A DNA stretch of 64,000 nucleotides, from contig CAWFDF010000010.1 in assembly GCA_963814585.1 (NCBI GenBank), forward strand, positions 128,001 through 192,000, given 5' to 3'. Positions 36,346-45,986 of this stretch are shown here, piece by piece (position 1 is the stretch's first letter; every line of letters begins with the position of its first letter). Origin of the DNA: an uncultured delta proteobacterium. Lineage in GTDB: Bacteria; Myxococcota; Myxococcia; Myxococcales; Anaeromyxobacteraceae. Both the position numbers and the translations under genes were made by a program. The notes under the pieces were generated by a model. It was given only the letters and a program-made list of their open reading frames with translations, ran no database searches and had not been told where the DNA came from.

Positions 36346-36368
<23 letters not shown>

Positions 36369-37512
36369 GCCGCGCCGCCGCGGCCTCCCGCCAGAGCGCG
36401 GCGGCGATCCAGGCGGCCAGCACCAGCCAGAGCCCGGTCCGGAGGAGCTCGCTCGGCTTCACCAGGGTCTCGACGAACCAGGGCTCCCAGTCGCGCGCCC
36501 GCACCTCGAACTCGAGGTGGTAGTCGGCCACCGAGGCGGCGGTGAGGGCGGCGAAGAGCCAGCCGGGCGCCGCCACCAGCGCTCCGGCCAGGAAGCCGTA
36601 GAGCGCGTACTGCGGGCTCCAGACCTTGTTGAGCGCGATCCAGCTCACCAGCACCAGGGCCGTGCCGAGGCGTGCGGCGCGCGCGGCGTCGCCACCGCCC
36701 CGGCCACAGCGCCAGCAGCCGAGCAGGGCCAGCAGCCCGGTCAACGCCACCGGCCCGAGCGAGGCGAGGTCGAGCCAGCGGCCGCCCGGGCCGCCCAGGG
36801 CGTGCCACACCGAGTTCTCCGCGCCGCGGGCGGCGTTGAAGCGGAAGAACCAGCTCCAGCCGTCGAAGGCGAGGAGCGCCAGCGGCAGGTTGACCGCCAG
36901 CAGCACGCCGGCGGCGGCGGCGCTCCAGCGCAGCAGCGGGCGCCGGCCCGAGACGGCCAGCGCGCCGAGGACGGCGGGGGCCAGCGCGGCCGGGAAGAGC
37001 TTGGCGGCGGTGCCGAGGCCGGCCAGCACGCCCGAGCCCGCCGTGCGGCCGCGCGAGAGGGCCAGCAGCGAGCCGGCGATGAGTGCGATGGGGATGCAGG
37101 TCCCAGTTGAGGAAGGCGTAGTACGCCAGCGCCGGCGAGGCGGCCAGCCACCAGGGCCTGGCGCCGGGCAGGTGCGTGGAGGGCCCAGAGGGCGACCCCG
37201 AGGCAGGCCGTCAGGAGGAGCGCCGTGGCGGCCAGGTAGAGCGCCGGCCCGCCCGGCAGGAGGCTCGGGCAGCCAGAGCGCCAGGCCGAGGAGCGGCGGG
37301 TACTCGATCCGATCCTGGAGGTAGGGGAGCGGGTGGGCGCCGCCCAGGTAGCGCGGCGAGTAGAGGCTGAGGAGGTCGCTGTAGCTGTGGTGCTCGAAGG
37401 CCCAGCGCCAGTAGTCGGGCCCGACCGCGCCGAGGCCGCGGGCCACGTTGGCGAGCCCGAGCGCCAGCCAGAGCAGGCACAGGGCGGCGACGGCGAGGCG
37501 GGGGCGGCTCAC
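36346..37512 (-). CDS. GT87/DUF2029-like membrane glycosyltransferase, with compensating indels at about 37095-37265
   Basis: YSDLLSLY, IEYPPLLG, (F)LNWDL in a shifted frame, GTAAKLFP, NKVWSPQY. Confidence 0.75.
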
Positions 37513-37566
37513 GCGGCGGGACGCTAGCACGCGTCCCGGTGAGCCGGGGTAGCATGGCCGGCACCG

Positions 37567-38196
37567 ATGATCTCGCTCGAGGAGGTCACCAGCGCGCTCC
37601 AGCGCGCCGTCGACATGACCGGCCCCCTCGCGCCGTTCCTGCTCTTCGGCGCTGCCTTCATCGAGTACGTCTTCCCGCCCTTCCCGGGCGACCTGCTGGT
37701 GGTGCTGGGGGCGTGGTACGCGGTGCACGGTGAGCTCTCCTGGCCGGTGGTCTTCGCCGCGGTGACCGGCGGCGCGGTCGCCGGGGCGTGGGTGGACCAC
37801 CGGCTCGGCGCCTGGCTCGGCCAGCGGCTGGAGCACAGCCCGGTCGCGGCCAGGGTGCTCAGCCGGGAGCGGCTGGCCCGGTTCGAGGCGGCCTACCGGC
37901 GGTGGGGCTCGTGGCTGCTGCTCCTCAACCGCTTCTTCCCCGGCGTGCGAGGCTTCCTCTTCCTCGCCGCCGGCGCCTCGGGCATCCCGCTGGCGCGGAC
38001 GCTGCTCCTCGGGGGGCTCTCGGCGGCCGTCTGGAACGGGCTGCTGCTGGCGGCCGGCGCGCTGGTGGCCACCAACCTCGGCGAGCTGGTGACGCTGGTG
38101 GACCGCTACATGCGGACGGCCGGAGCGCTCCTCGTGGTGGCGGCCGGCATCGCCCTGGCGCGGGTGCTCTGGAGGCGCCGGCGCCGGGGGCCGTGA
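37567..38196 (+). CDS. DedA family membrane protein
   Basis: IEYVFPPFPGD, NRFFPGVR. Confidence 0.88.
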   Translation: MISLEEVTSALQRAVDMTGPLAPFLLFGAAFIEYVFPPFPGDLLVVLGAWYAVHGELSWPVVFAAVTGGAVAGAWVDHRLGAWLGQRLEHSPVAARVLSRERLARFEAAYRRWGSWLLLLNRFFPGVRGFLFLAAGASGIPLARTLLLGGLSAAVWNGLLLAAGALVATNLGELVTLVDRYMRTAGALLVVAAGIALARVLWRRRRRGP

Positions 38197-38231
38197 CCGG
38201 AGCGGCACGGGCGCTCGCCGCGACGAGTCGT

Positions 38232-39389
38232 TCAGGTGGCCTGGCCGGCCAGGTAGCGCAGCAGCGCCTGGGCCTTCGGCACCAGCGAGCCGAGCTCCAC
38301 CCGCTCGTCCCGGGTGTGGTACCCGGAGCCTCGCGGCCCGAGCCCGTCGATCGACGGGACGCCGATGGCGCCGGTGGTGCAGGCGTCGGAGCCGCCGCCG
38401 ACCAGGGGCGCCTCGCCGGAGCCGAGGCCGCTCTGCCGCTGGCAGGCGCCGTAGGCCTCCGCCAGCGCCGCCGACGCCGGCGTCCTCTCCAGCGGCGCGC
38501 GCCAGGAGGTGGGCTCGAGCTCGAGCCGCGTCCCCTCCACCGCCGCCTCCAGGCAGGCCGCCCGCAGGGCCTCCACCAGCCGCTCGCCGTCGGCCTCGGT
38601 GAGGAAGCGCAGGTCCACCTCGCACTCGGCCCGCTCCGGGACGGTGTTCTTGCTGGTGCCGCCGCGGATCGTGCCGACGCTGACGGTGAGGCCGCGCTCC
38701 CGCACCGTCAGCCGCTGCGCCCGATCGACGAAGCGGGCCAGCGCCCAGATGGCGTTCCTCCCCTTCTCGGGCTCGTTGCCGGCATGGGCGGCGACGCCGT
38801 GGGCGGTGACGCGCACGGCGGCGGTCCCCTTGCGCCGCGTCACCAGCACGTCGCCCGCGCGCCCCGACTCGAAGACCAGGGCGGCCCGGGCCCCGGCCGC
38901 CAGCCGCCGCAGGTGCGGCTGGGACGACGGCGAGCCCACCTCCTCGTCGGAGACCAGGAGCCCCGCGATCGGCACGCGGGCCACCAGCCCGGCGCGATGG
39001 GCCGCGGCCAGGCCGAACAGCATCACCGCCAGGCCGCCCTTCATGTCGAAGGCGCCCGGCCCGTGGCCGTGGTCGCCCTCGACGCGCCAGCCGGAGAAGC
39101 TGCCGGGTGGGAAGACCGTGTCGGTGTGGCCGACGAGGAAGGTGGGCGCGCCGGGGCACGGGCCGCGGAAGGCCAGGTGCGGCCCGAAGGGCGGCGCGGC
39201 GATCCGCTCGGTGGCGAGCCCCAGCGCCGAGAGCTCCGGCTCCAGCAGCCCCACCACCTGCTCGACGCCGGCCGCGTCGCCGCTATGAGAGTCGAGGAGG
39301 ACCAGCTCCGCCACCAGCGCCTCCAGCGCCCCGCGCTGCAGGTCGAGCCAGGCGAGGGACTGGGAGACGGAAGCGAAGGTGCTGTCCAT
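38232..39389 (-). CDS. M20 family metallopeptidase/deacylase (glutamate carboxypeptidase/ArgE-like)
   Basis: GHTDTV, GAFDMKGG, SDEEVGS, VFE, AAHAG, GGSD, YHT. Confidence 0.88.
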   Translation of the reverse strand: MDSTFASVSQSLAWLDLQRGALEALVAELVLLDSHSGDAAGVEQVVGLLEPELSALGLATERIAAPPFGPHLAFRGPCPGAPTFLVGHTDTVFPPGSFSGWRVEGDHGHGPGAFDMKGGLAVMLFGLAAAHRAGLVARVPIAGLLVSDEEVGSPSSQPHLRRLAAGARAALVFESGRAGDVLVTRRKGTAAVRVTAHGVAAHAGNEPEKGRNAIWALARFVDRAQRLTVRERGLTVSVGTIRGGTSKNTVPERAECEVDLRFLTEADGERLVEALRAACLEAAVEGTRLELEPTSWRAPLERTPASAALAEAYGACQRQSGLGSGEAPLVGGGSDACTTGAIGVPSIDGLGPRGSGYHTRDERVELGSLVPKAQALLRYLAGQAT

Positions 39390-39415
39390 TCAGCGGTCCG
39401 GTATAAGTGCCTTCC

Positions 39416-40487
39416 ATGGCCACGGGCAAGCGCTACCGGGCCGCGGTGATCGGCGGCTCCGGCTACGGCGGCGCCGAGCTGATCCGCCGGCTCCTCATCC
39501 ACCCCGACGTCGAGCTGGTCCGCGTGGCCTCGGTCGACTTCGTCGGCGAGCCGCTCTCGGCGGCCGACCCGGCGCTGGAGCAGGTGACCGAGCTGCGCTT
39601 CGAAGGGGATGGCGCCCGCCGAGGCGGCGCGCGGCGTCGACGTGGTGCTGCTCGGCCTGCCCCACACCGTGGCGGCGGCCAAGGTGCCCGAGCTGGCGGC
39701 GATCCCCGGCCGTGAAGGATCGTCGACATGAGCGGCGACTTCCGCCTCAAGGACGTGGCGGCCTACCAGCGCTGGTACCGGCACCAGCACCCCTGCCCGG
39801 CGCTGGTCGCCGACTTCGTCTACGGCCTGCCGGAGCTGAACCGGGAGCGGCATCGCGCGGCGCCCGCCTCGTCGCCTCGCCCGGCTGCTTCGCCACCACC
39901 ATCGAGCTCGTGCTCCTGCCGCTGGCCCGGGCCGGGCTGCTCTCCGGCGTGGTCCACGTGCAGGGGATCACCGGCTCGTCGGGCTCGGGCGTGGCGCCCT
40001 CGGCGGGGACGCACCACCCGGTCCGCGCCGGCAACCTGAAGACCTACAAGCCGCTCGAGCACCAGCACGTGCCGGAGGTCGACCGAGACGCTCACCCAGG
40101 CCGGCGGCGCGCGACCTGCAGCTCCGCTTCGTGCCGGTCTCGGCGCCGCTGGCGCGCGGCATCTTCGCCACCGGCTTCGTCGAGCTGCCCGAGACGTGGA
40201 CGCAGGAGCGGCTCGACGCCCTCTACCGGGAGCAGTACGCCGGCGAGCCGTTCGTGCGCGTGCCCCGGAGGCGGCTGCCGGAGGTGGCGGCCGTCTCGGG
40301 CTCCAACTACGCCGAGGTCGGGGTGGTGGCCGGCGCCGCGCACCGGGGCACGCGCACCGTCACGCTCCTCGGCGCCCTCGACAACCTGGTCAAGGGTGGT
40401 GCCGGCCAGGCCATCCAGAACATGAACATCATCCTCGGGCTCGACGAGCGGGCCTCGCTGGCCGACCCGGGGCCGTGGCCGCCATGA
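39416..40487 (+). CDS. argC: N-acetyl-gamma-glutamyl-phosphate reductase, several frameshifts
   Basis: GGSGYGGAEL, LPH, DMSGDFRL, YGLPELN, SPGCFAT, GSSGSG, DNLVKGGAGQA across frames. Confidence 0.85.
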
Positions 40488-41300
40488 AGACCATCGTCAT
40501 CAAGCTGGGCGGGGAGATCGTCCAGTCCCCGGAGCTCGACCTCATCGCCGCCGACCTGCAGGACCCTGGTGGACGGGTGGCACCGCGTGGTGATCGTCCA
40601 CGGCGGCGGGCCACAGGCCAGCTCGCTGCAGAAGCGGCTCGGCCTGGAGACCCGGATGATCGCCGGCCGGCGCTACACCGACGCGTCCACCCTCGACGTC
40701 ATGAAGTACGTGCTGGCCGGCCAGCTCAACGTCGACCTCTGCGCCCGGCTGCTGTCGCGTGGCGTGATGCCGGTGGGGCTGCACGGGGCCTCTGGCCACG
40801 TGGTGCAGGCGGTCCGCCGGCCGCCCAGGGTGATGCAGGGCGCCGGCCCGGAGCCGGTCGATCTCGGGCTGGTCGGCGACGTGACCGGCTTCAACCTGGC
40901 GCTGCTCGGCGACCTGTGGGAGCGCCGCTACGTGCCGGTCATCGCCTGCCTGGGCTGCGACCGGAGCGGGCAGGTGCTCAACATCAACGGCGACACGGTG
41001 GCGAGCCAGCTGGCCGGCGCGCTGAAGGCCGACGCGCTGGTGCTGGTCACCTCCACGCCTGGCGTGCTGCGCGACGTGAAGGACCCGTCGAGCCGGCTGC
41101 CGCGGATCGGCCTGACCGAGTTCGAGCGGCTGGTGAAGGACGGGACCATCTCCGGCGGCATGATCCCCAAGCTGGAGGAGTCGTTCGCCATCCTCGCCGG
41201 CGGCGCCCGGAGCGTGGTCGTCATCGGCGCGCTCGGGCCCGGCGACCTGGCCCGGGCGGTGCTGGAGCCGGGGAGCGCCGGCACCGTGCTGGAGCCGTAG
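40484..41300 (+). CDS. argB: Acetylglutamate kinase, one frameshift near 40560
   Basis: VIKLGG, VHGGG, NINGD, SGGMIPK; ATGA overlap with argC. Confidence 0.85.
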
Positions 41301-41442
41301 CGGCGCCGGGGCCCGTCCCCCGCCGCCGCGGCGGAGGCGCCGCCGCGGACGCCGCTCCCGCGGAGGAATCGTCGCGCCCCCCGCCGCGGGCCTATCCCGG
41401 CCGCGGCCCCGGACGCAGGATGGCGCCCGGGGGAGGCCCGCC

Positions 41443-42687
41443 ATGTCCGAACGCCGGACGCCGTCGCCGCAGACGCTCATCTTCGAGAAGGGGTACGACC
41501 CGCAGCGGTCGGAGGGCGCGGCCGTGCCGCCGGTCTTCCGCACCTCCACCTTCATCTTCAAGAAGGCCATCGAGGGGAAGCGGGCCTTCGAGCTGGCCTA
41601 CGGGCTCCGGCAGCGCGAGCAGGGGGAGAGCCCGGCGCTCATCTACACGCGGGTCAACAACCCCAACAGCGAGATCCTCGAGGACCGGGTGACGGCCTGG
41701 GACGGCGCCGAGGCCGCGGCGCTCTTCTCCTCCGGCATGGGGGCCATCTCCAGCACCTGCCTCACGCTGCTCCGGCCCGGCGACACCATCCTCTTCTCGG
41801 ATCCCATCTACGGCGGCACCGAGTACCTGTTCCGCAAGCTGCTCCCCGAGTTCGGCGTCCGCACCGTGCCGTTCCCGGCCCGCGCCGGCGAGCCCGAGCT
41901 GGCCGCGCTGGCGGCGGCGAACCCGGGAACGCGGGTCATCTTCCTCGAGTCCCCCGCCAACCCGACCATGGAGCTGTGCGACGTGCCGGCGGCGCGGCGG
42001 GTGGCCGACTCGCTCTCCACCGCGGGGCGGCCGGTGCTGGTGCTCATCGACAACACCTTCCTCGGTCCCATCTTCTCGCAGCCGCTCCGCCACGGGGCCG
42101 ACGTGGTGCTCTACTCGGCCACCAAGTTCTTCGGCGGCCACTCGGACCTGGTGGCCGGCCTGGCCATGGGGCCGGCCTCGATCATCGACCAGGTGCGCGC
42201 CACCCGGACCATCCTCGGCTCGATGTCGGATCCCGACACCGCCTGGCTCATCCACCGGTCGATCGGCACGCTGCAGCTCCGCATGGAGCAGCAGCAGGCC
42301 AACACGGCCCGGCTGGTGAAGCTCCTGCAGGGGCACCCCAAGGTGACGCGGGTCTGCTACCCCGGGCTGCCGGAGATGGGGGAGCGCCAGGTGGCGCTCT
42401 GGAGGGAGCAGTGCACCGGCGCCGGCAGCCTGGTGAGCTTCGACGTGAAGGGCGGCGAGGCCGAAGCCTACCGGGTGCTCGACGCCGTGGAGCACATGCG
42501 GCTGGCGGTGAGCCTGGGTGGCATCGAGACCCTGGTGGAGCACCCGTGGTCGATGACCCACGCCGACATGACGCCGGAGCAGAAGCTGCACGCCGGCTTC
42601 GGGCCGGCCATGATCCGGCTCTCGGTGGGGCTGGAGGATCCGGCCGACCTGGCCGACGACCTGGAGCGGGCTCTCGAGAAGGTGTGA
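41443..42687 (+). CDS. PLP-dependent trans-sulfuration enzyme (methionine gamma-lyase / cystathionine gamma-synthase family)
   Basis: YTRVNNP, FSSGMGA, ESPANP, DNTF, YSATKFFGGHSD, AVSLGG, RLSVGLE. Confidence 0.9.
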   Translation: MSERRTPSPQTLIFEKGYDPQRSEGAAVPPVFRTSTFIFKKAIEGKRAFELAYGLRQREQGESPALIYTRVNNPNSEILEDRVTAWDGAEAAALFSSGMGAISSTCLTLLRPGDTILFSDPIYGGTEYLFRKLLPEFGVRTVPFPARAGEPELAALAAANPGTRVIFLESPANPTMELCDVPAARRVADSLSTAGRPVLVLIDNTFLGPIFSQPLRHGADVVLYSATKFFGGHSDLVAGLAMGPASIIDQVRATRTILGSMSDPDTAWLIHRSIGTLQLRMEQQQANTARLVKLLQGHPKVTRVCYPGLPEMGERQVALWREQCTGAGSLVSFDVKGGEAEAYRVLDAVEHMRLAVSLGGIETLVEHPWSMTHADMTPEQKLHAGFGPAMIRLSVGLEDPADLADDLERALEKV

Positions 42688-42714
42688 TGGCGCCGCCTGC
42701 CGGCGGCGGCGGGG

Positions 42715-43572
42715 CTAGAAGTGGTACATGGCCGCGACGGCGCCGGAGAAGATCGACCACGGCTCGTTGCCGCGCAGGGTGGAGAAGCCCCAGCTGCGCG
42801 TCGAGCGCTCGATCGCCCCGACGCTCGAGCTGACGCTGTCGTAGTTGAACCTCGCCCCCAGGCTGGCCTCGATGGCCAGCTGGGGGAGGCCGATGAAGCC
42901 GAAGAAGATCTCGAAGCCGGCCCGGGCGCCCACCCGCGCCGACCAGCCGTCGTAGGTGGTGATGACGGTGCCGGTGAGGGCCGGGATGGTCTCCTTGGCC
43001 CAGATGACGTCCACCTCCGGGACCAGCTCGAAGACGGCGTGCTTGTGGAGGGTGATGGCCAGCGGCAGGCCGGCGTGGAGGCCGAAGCCGCTGGTGGAGG
43101 GCCCGTCGCTGGTGGTGAGCGTCCCGGTCTGCGGCTGGGTGATGCTGCTGCGGGTGTAGTTGAGCCCGACGCCGAGGTCGAGGCCCCAGTTCCGGAAGGG
43201 TCCGAGCGGCGCGGTGGTCCAGCGGCGAAGGCCGAGCGTGTAGATGGTGAGCGGGATGGGGGCGGCGCCGCCGGTGTTGGGGAACTCGAAGGGCTGGGTG
43301 TTGAAGACCACCAGCGCCCAGGTGCCCATGGCCCTCGCTCCATCGCCGTCGTCGCGCGCGGCGGCCCGGGCCGGCGCGGGCGGGGGAGGAGGGAGTGGGA
43401 CGGGAGCGGCAGCGACGGCAGGAGCGGGGGCGGGGGCGGCGGCGGGAGCGGCGGGGGCGGGCGCCGCGGGAGCGGGCGCCGGAGGGGTCCGCTTCACCTG
43501 GGCCTGGGCAGCGGCGGCGGCGGCGAGCGACAGCGCTGCGGCGACGGATCGGACGATGGGCGACAGGTGCAT
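42715..43572 (-). CDS. Putative outer-membrane beta-barrel protein with Pro/Ala linker
   Basis: Signal peptide ending AQA, PA-rich linker, amphipathic beta strands, C-terminal MYHF. Confidence 0.65.
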   Translation of the reverse strand: MHLSPIVRSVAAALSLAAAAAAQAQVKRTPPAPAPAAPAPAAPAAAPAPAPAVAAAPVPLPPPPPAPARAAARDDGDGARAMGTWALVVFNTQPFEFPNTGGAAPIPLTIYTLGLRRWTTAPLGPFRNWGLDLGVGLNYTRSSITQPQTGTLTTSDGPSTSGFGLHAGLPLAITLHKHAVFELVPEVDVIWAKETIPALTGTVITTYDGWSARVGARAGFEIFFGFIGLPQLAIEASLGARFNYDSVSSSVGAIERSTRSWGFSTLRGNEPWSIFSGAVAAMYHF

Positions 43573-43716
43573 GCCGGGCCTCCGTGAAGTTGAACGGGAC
43601 AATCTGTCGTCGCCATCGCGGCGCCGCAAGGGAGTGGAAGTGGGCGGAGGTGCGCGGATTCCTCATCGTCCAGGGAGGCCACCCCATGGAGGTTCCGCGT
43701 TCGACGTGGCCCGGGC

Positions 43717-44301
43717 GTGACGCGCCGCCTAGGCTTCATCGCTCTGGAACCGATCCGGCCGAGAGGCGTCCTGCGCCGAACCTTCCGCCCCGGGCGCGCC
43801 GTGGCGCCGGCCGCGCCGCGAGCGCCGCTCCGGTGGGCGCTCCTGCTCGCGCTGCTGGCGGCCTGCGGAGGCGCGAGCCCCGAGCCCGAACTGCCGGCCG
43901 AGACCTGTCCCATCCCGGTGGCCATCGCCGCCCCGACCTTCTCCGGCAACGTCCTGCCCATGTTGCGAAGCACGTGCGGGGCCGCCGACGGCGCCACCTC
44001 CTGCCACGGCAAGTCGTCGCCGGCCGGGCACGTCTCCTACGCCGTCTCGCTCACCGCCGCCGAGGTCCACGCCAACTTGGTGGGCGTCGACCCGTCGAGC
44101 GCCCCGCTGGGCGCCGGCTGGAAGCGGGTGGCGGCCGGCGACGTGGCCCACTCCTGGCTCATCGAGAAGATCACCCGCGACGACCCCGGCGGCACCGGCC
44201 AGGCCTTCGGAAACCGCATGCCCCTCGGCCTGCCCAACCTCTGCGCCCCGACCGTCCAGACCGTGAAGGCCTGGATCGAGCGGGGTGCCCTGAACGAATA
44301 G
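43717..44301 (+). CDS. Lipoprotein with a cytochrome c-like domain (planctomycete cytochrome c style), CX8CH; start may be GTG 43801
   Basis: LLAACGG lipobox; FSGNVLPML..CGAADGATSCH..AGDVAHSWLIEKI..RMP..KAWIERGA. Confidence 0.6.
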   Translation: MTRRLGFIALEPIRPRGVLRRTFRPGRAVAPAAPRAPLRWALLLALLAACGGASPEPELPAETCPIPVAIAAPTFSGNVLPMLRSTCGAADGATSCHGKSSPAGHVSYAVSLTAAEVHANLVGVDPSSAPLGAGWKRVAAGDVAHSWLIEKITRDDPGGTGQAFGNRMPLGLPNLCAPTVQTVKAWIERGALNE

Positions 44302-44323
44302 CTCGAACCACCAGGAGGCGACC

Positions 44324-45975
44324 GTGGCCGACCTCGCCCCCATCGACGCCTGGACCGCCGACGACGTCCTCCACTTCGCGCGGCGCGCCGGCTTCGGCCT
44401 CTCGCCGGAGGCGGCCGCGGCGCTGGCCGGCCAGGCTCCCGGCGCCGCCATCGACGCCTGGGTGGACGGCACCGGCGTGGACCTCACCGCCTTCGACGCG
44501 GCGCTGGCCCACGCCGACCCGGTGGACGAGCCGCAGCGCGGCTCCGCGCCCGACCTGGCGCCGGCGGTGGCCGGGCCGCACCGCTACCTGGTGGACGGCG
44601 CCGACGCCTGGCGCAACGACCTGGCGCGGGCCCAGGCCTACCTCGCCTTCCGCATGCAGTACGCCCCCCATGCCATGCCGGAGCGGATGGCGCTCTTCTG
44701 GCACAACTTCTTCGCCACCGGGCACGCCAAGGTGGACAGCACGGCACTCATGCTGCAGCAGGTGGAGACGCTGCGCGCCAGCGGCCTGGCCCGCTTCGCC
44801 GACCTGCTCACGGCGGTGTCCAAGGACCCGGCCATGGCGCTCTGGCTCGACTCGGTCCGCAACCGGGCCGACGGGTCCAACCTGCCCAACGAGAACTACG
44901 CGCGCGAGGCCATGGAGCTCTACTCGCTGGGGGCCGACAACGGCTACAACCAGCAGGACATCACCCAGCTGGCCCGCGCCCTCGCCGGCTGGAGCTTCAC
45001 GGTGCGCGAGGCCGACCTGGTGCGCGATCCCACCAGCGCCACGCGCCGGGTGGCCGCCCGCGGCACCTTCCGCGTCTACGACGGCTCGCCGGTGAGCGGG
45101 GAGTACCGCTGGGACAATCTCGGCGCCGCCACGCCGCCCACGTCGCTGCCCAACCGGCGCGGCAACGGGGCCGTCACCTTCCTCGGCCAGGCCTTCCCCG
45201 ACATCGGGGTGGCCGCCCCCGGGCTGGAGAAGGGCGAGGACGTGCTCCGCTCCATCGTCTCCTCGCGCGGGACGCAGGCCGCCCAGTTCCTGGCGCGCCG
45301 GCTGGTGCTCCACTTCGTCACCGGCGCCCCGGTCCAGGCCGACCTCGACCAGGTGGCCACGCTGATCCAGGTCGACGCCGGCTTCGACCTGCGGGTGGCG
45401 CTCAGGTCGCTGCTCAAGAGCCGCTGGTTCTTCGACCCGGCCAGCCGCTTCGCCCTGGTGGAGGGGCCGGTCTCCTGGGCGGTGCGCGCCGCCCGGGCGC
45501 TCGGCCACGACCTGGCCTCGGCCGACGCAGGCACCGCCGCCGCCAACCGCTTCCCGGCCTGGGCGCAGCTGGTCTCCACCTTCGACTTCGCCGGGATGCG
45601 CCTGCTCAATCCGGCCGGCCCCAACGGCTGGCACGAGGACCTGGCCTGGCTCAACTCCAACACCGTCCGCTACCGGACCAAGCTGGCCTCGGCGCTGGCG
45701 CTCGGCGAGACCTTCACCCAGGGTGGCACGGCGCGCGCCCTGGTGCCCACCGACGTGGCGGCCTGGTTCCCCACCGCTCCCACCACCCCGCAGCAGGTGC
45801 TCGACCGGGTGATGGCGCTGCTGCAGCCGGCCCCATCCCGGCGGCGGTGCAGGCCGACTGGCTGGCGCGGCTCTGGCCCGCCGGGGCCGCCTTCGCCTGG
45901 GACGCCGCCGCCCAGGCCGGCGCCCGGCAGCTGGCCTTCCTGGTCCTCTGCTCCCCCGCCGGCCAGCTCTACTAG
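44324..45975 (+). CDS. DUF1800 family protein, frameshift in the C-run at about 45832
   Basis: RRAGFG, ERMALFWHNFFAT, DPAMALWLD, PNENYAREAMELYSLG; restoring one C gives ...LVLCSPAGQLY* at 45973-45975. Confidence 0.85.
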
Positions 45976-45986
45976 GAGAGATCGCC

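Noticed and set aside
43370..43490. Low-complexity GC repeats
   Set aside because: They encode the Pro/Ala linker of the beta-barrel protein; not a CRISPR or mobile repeat
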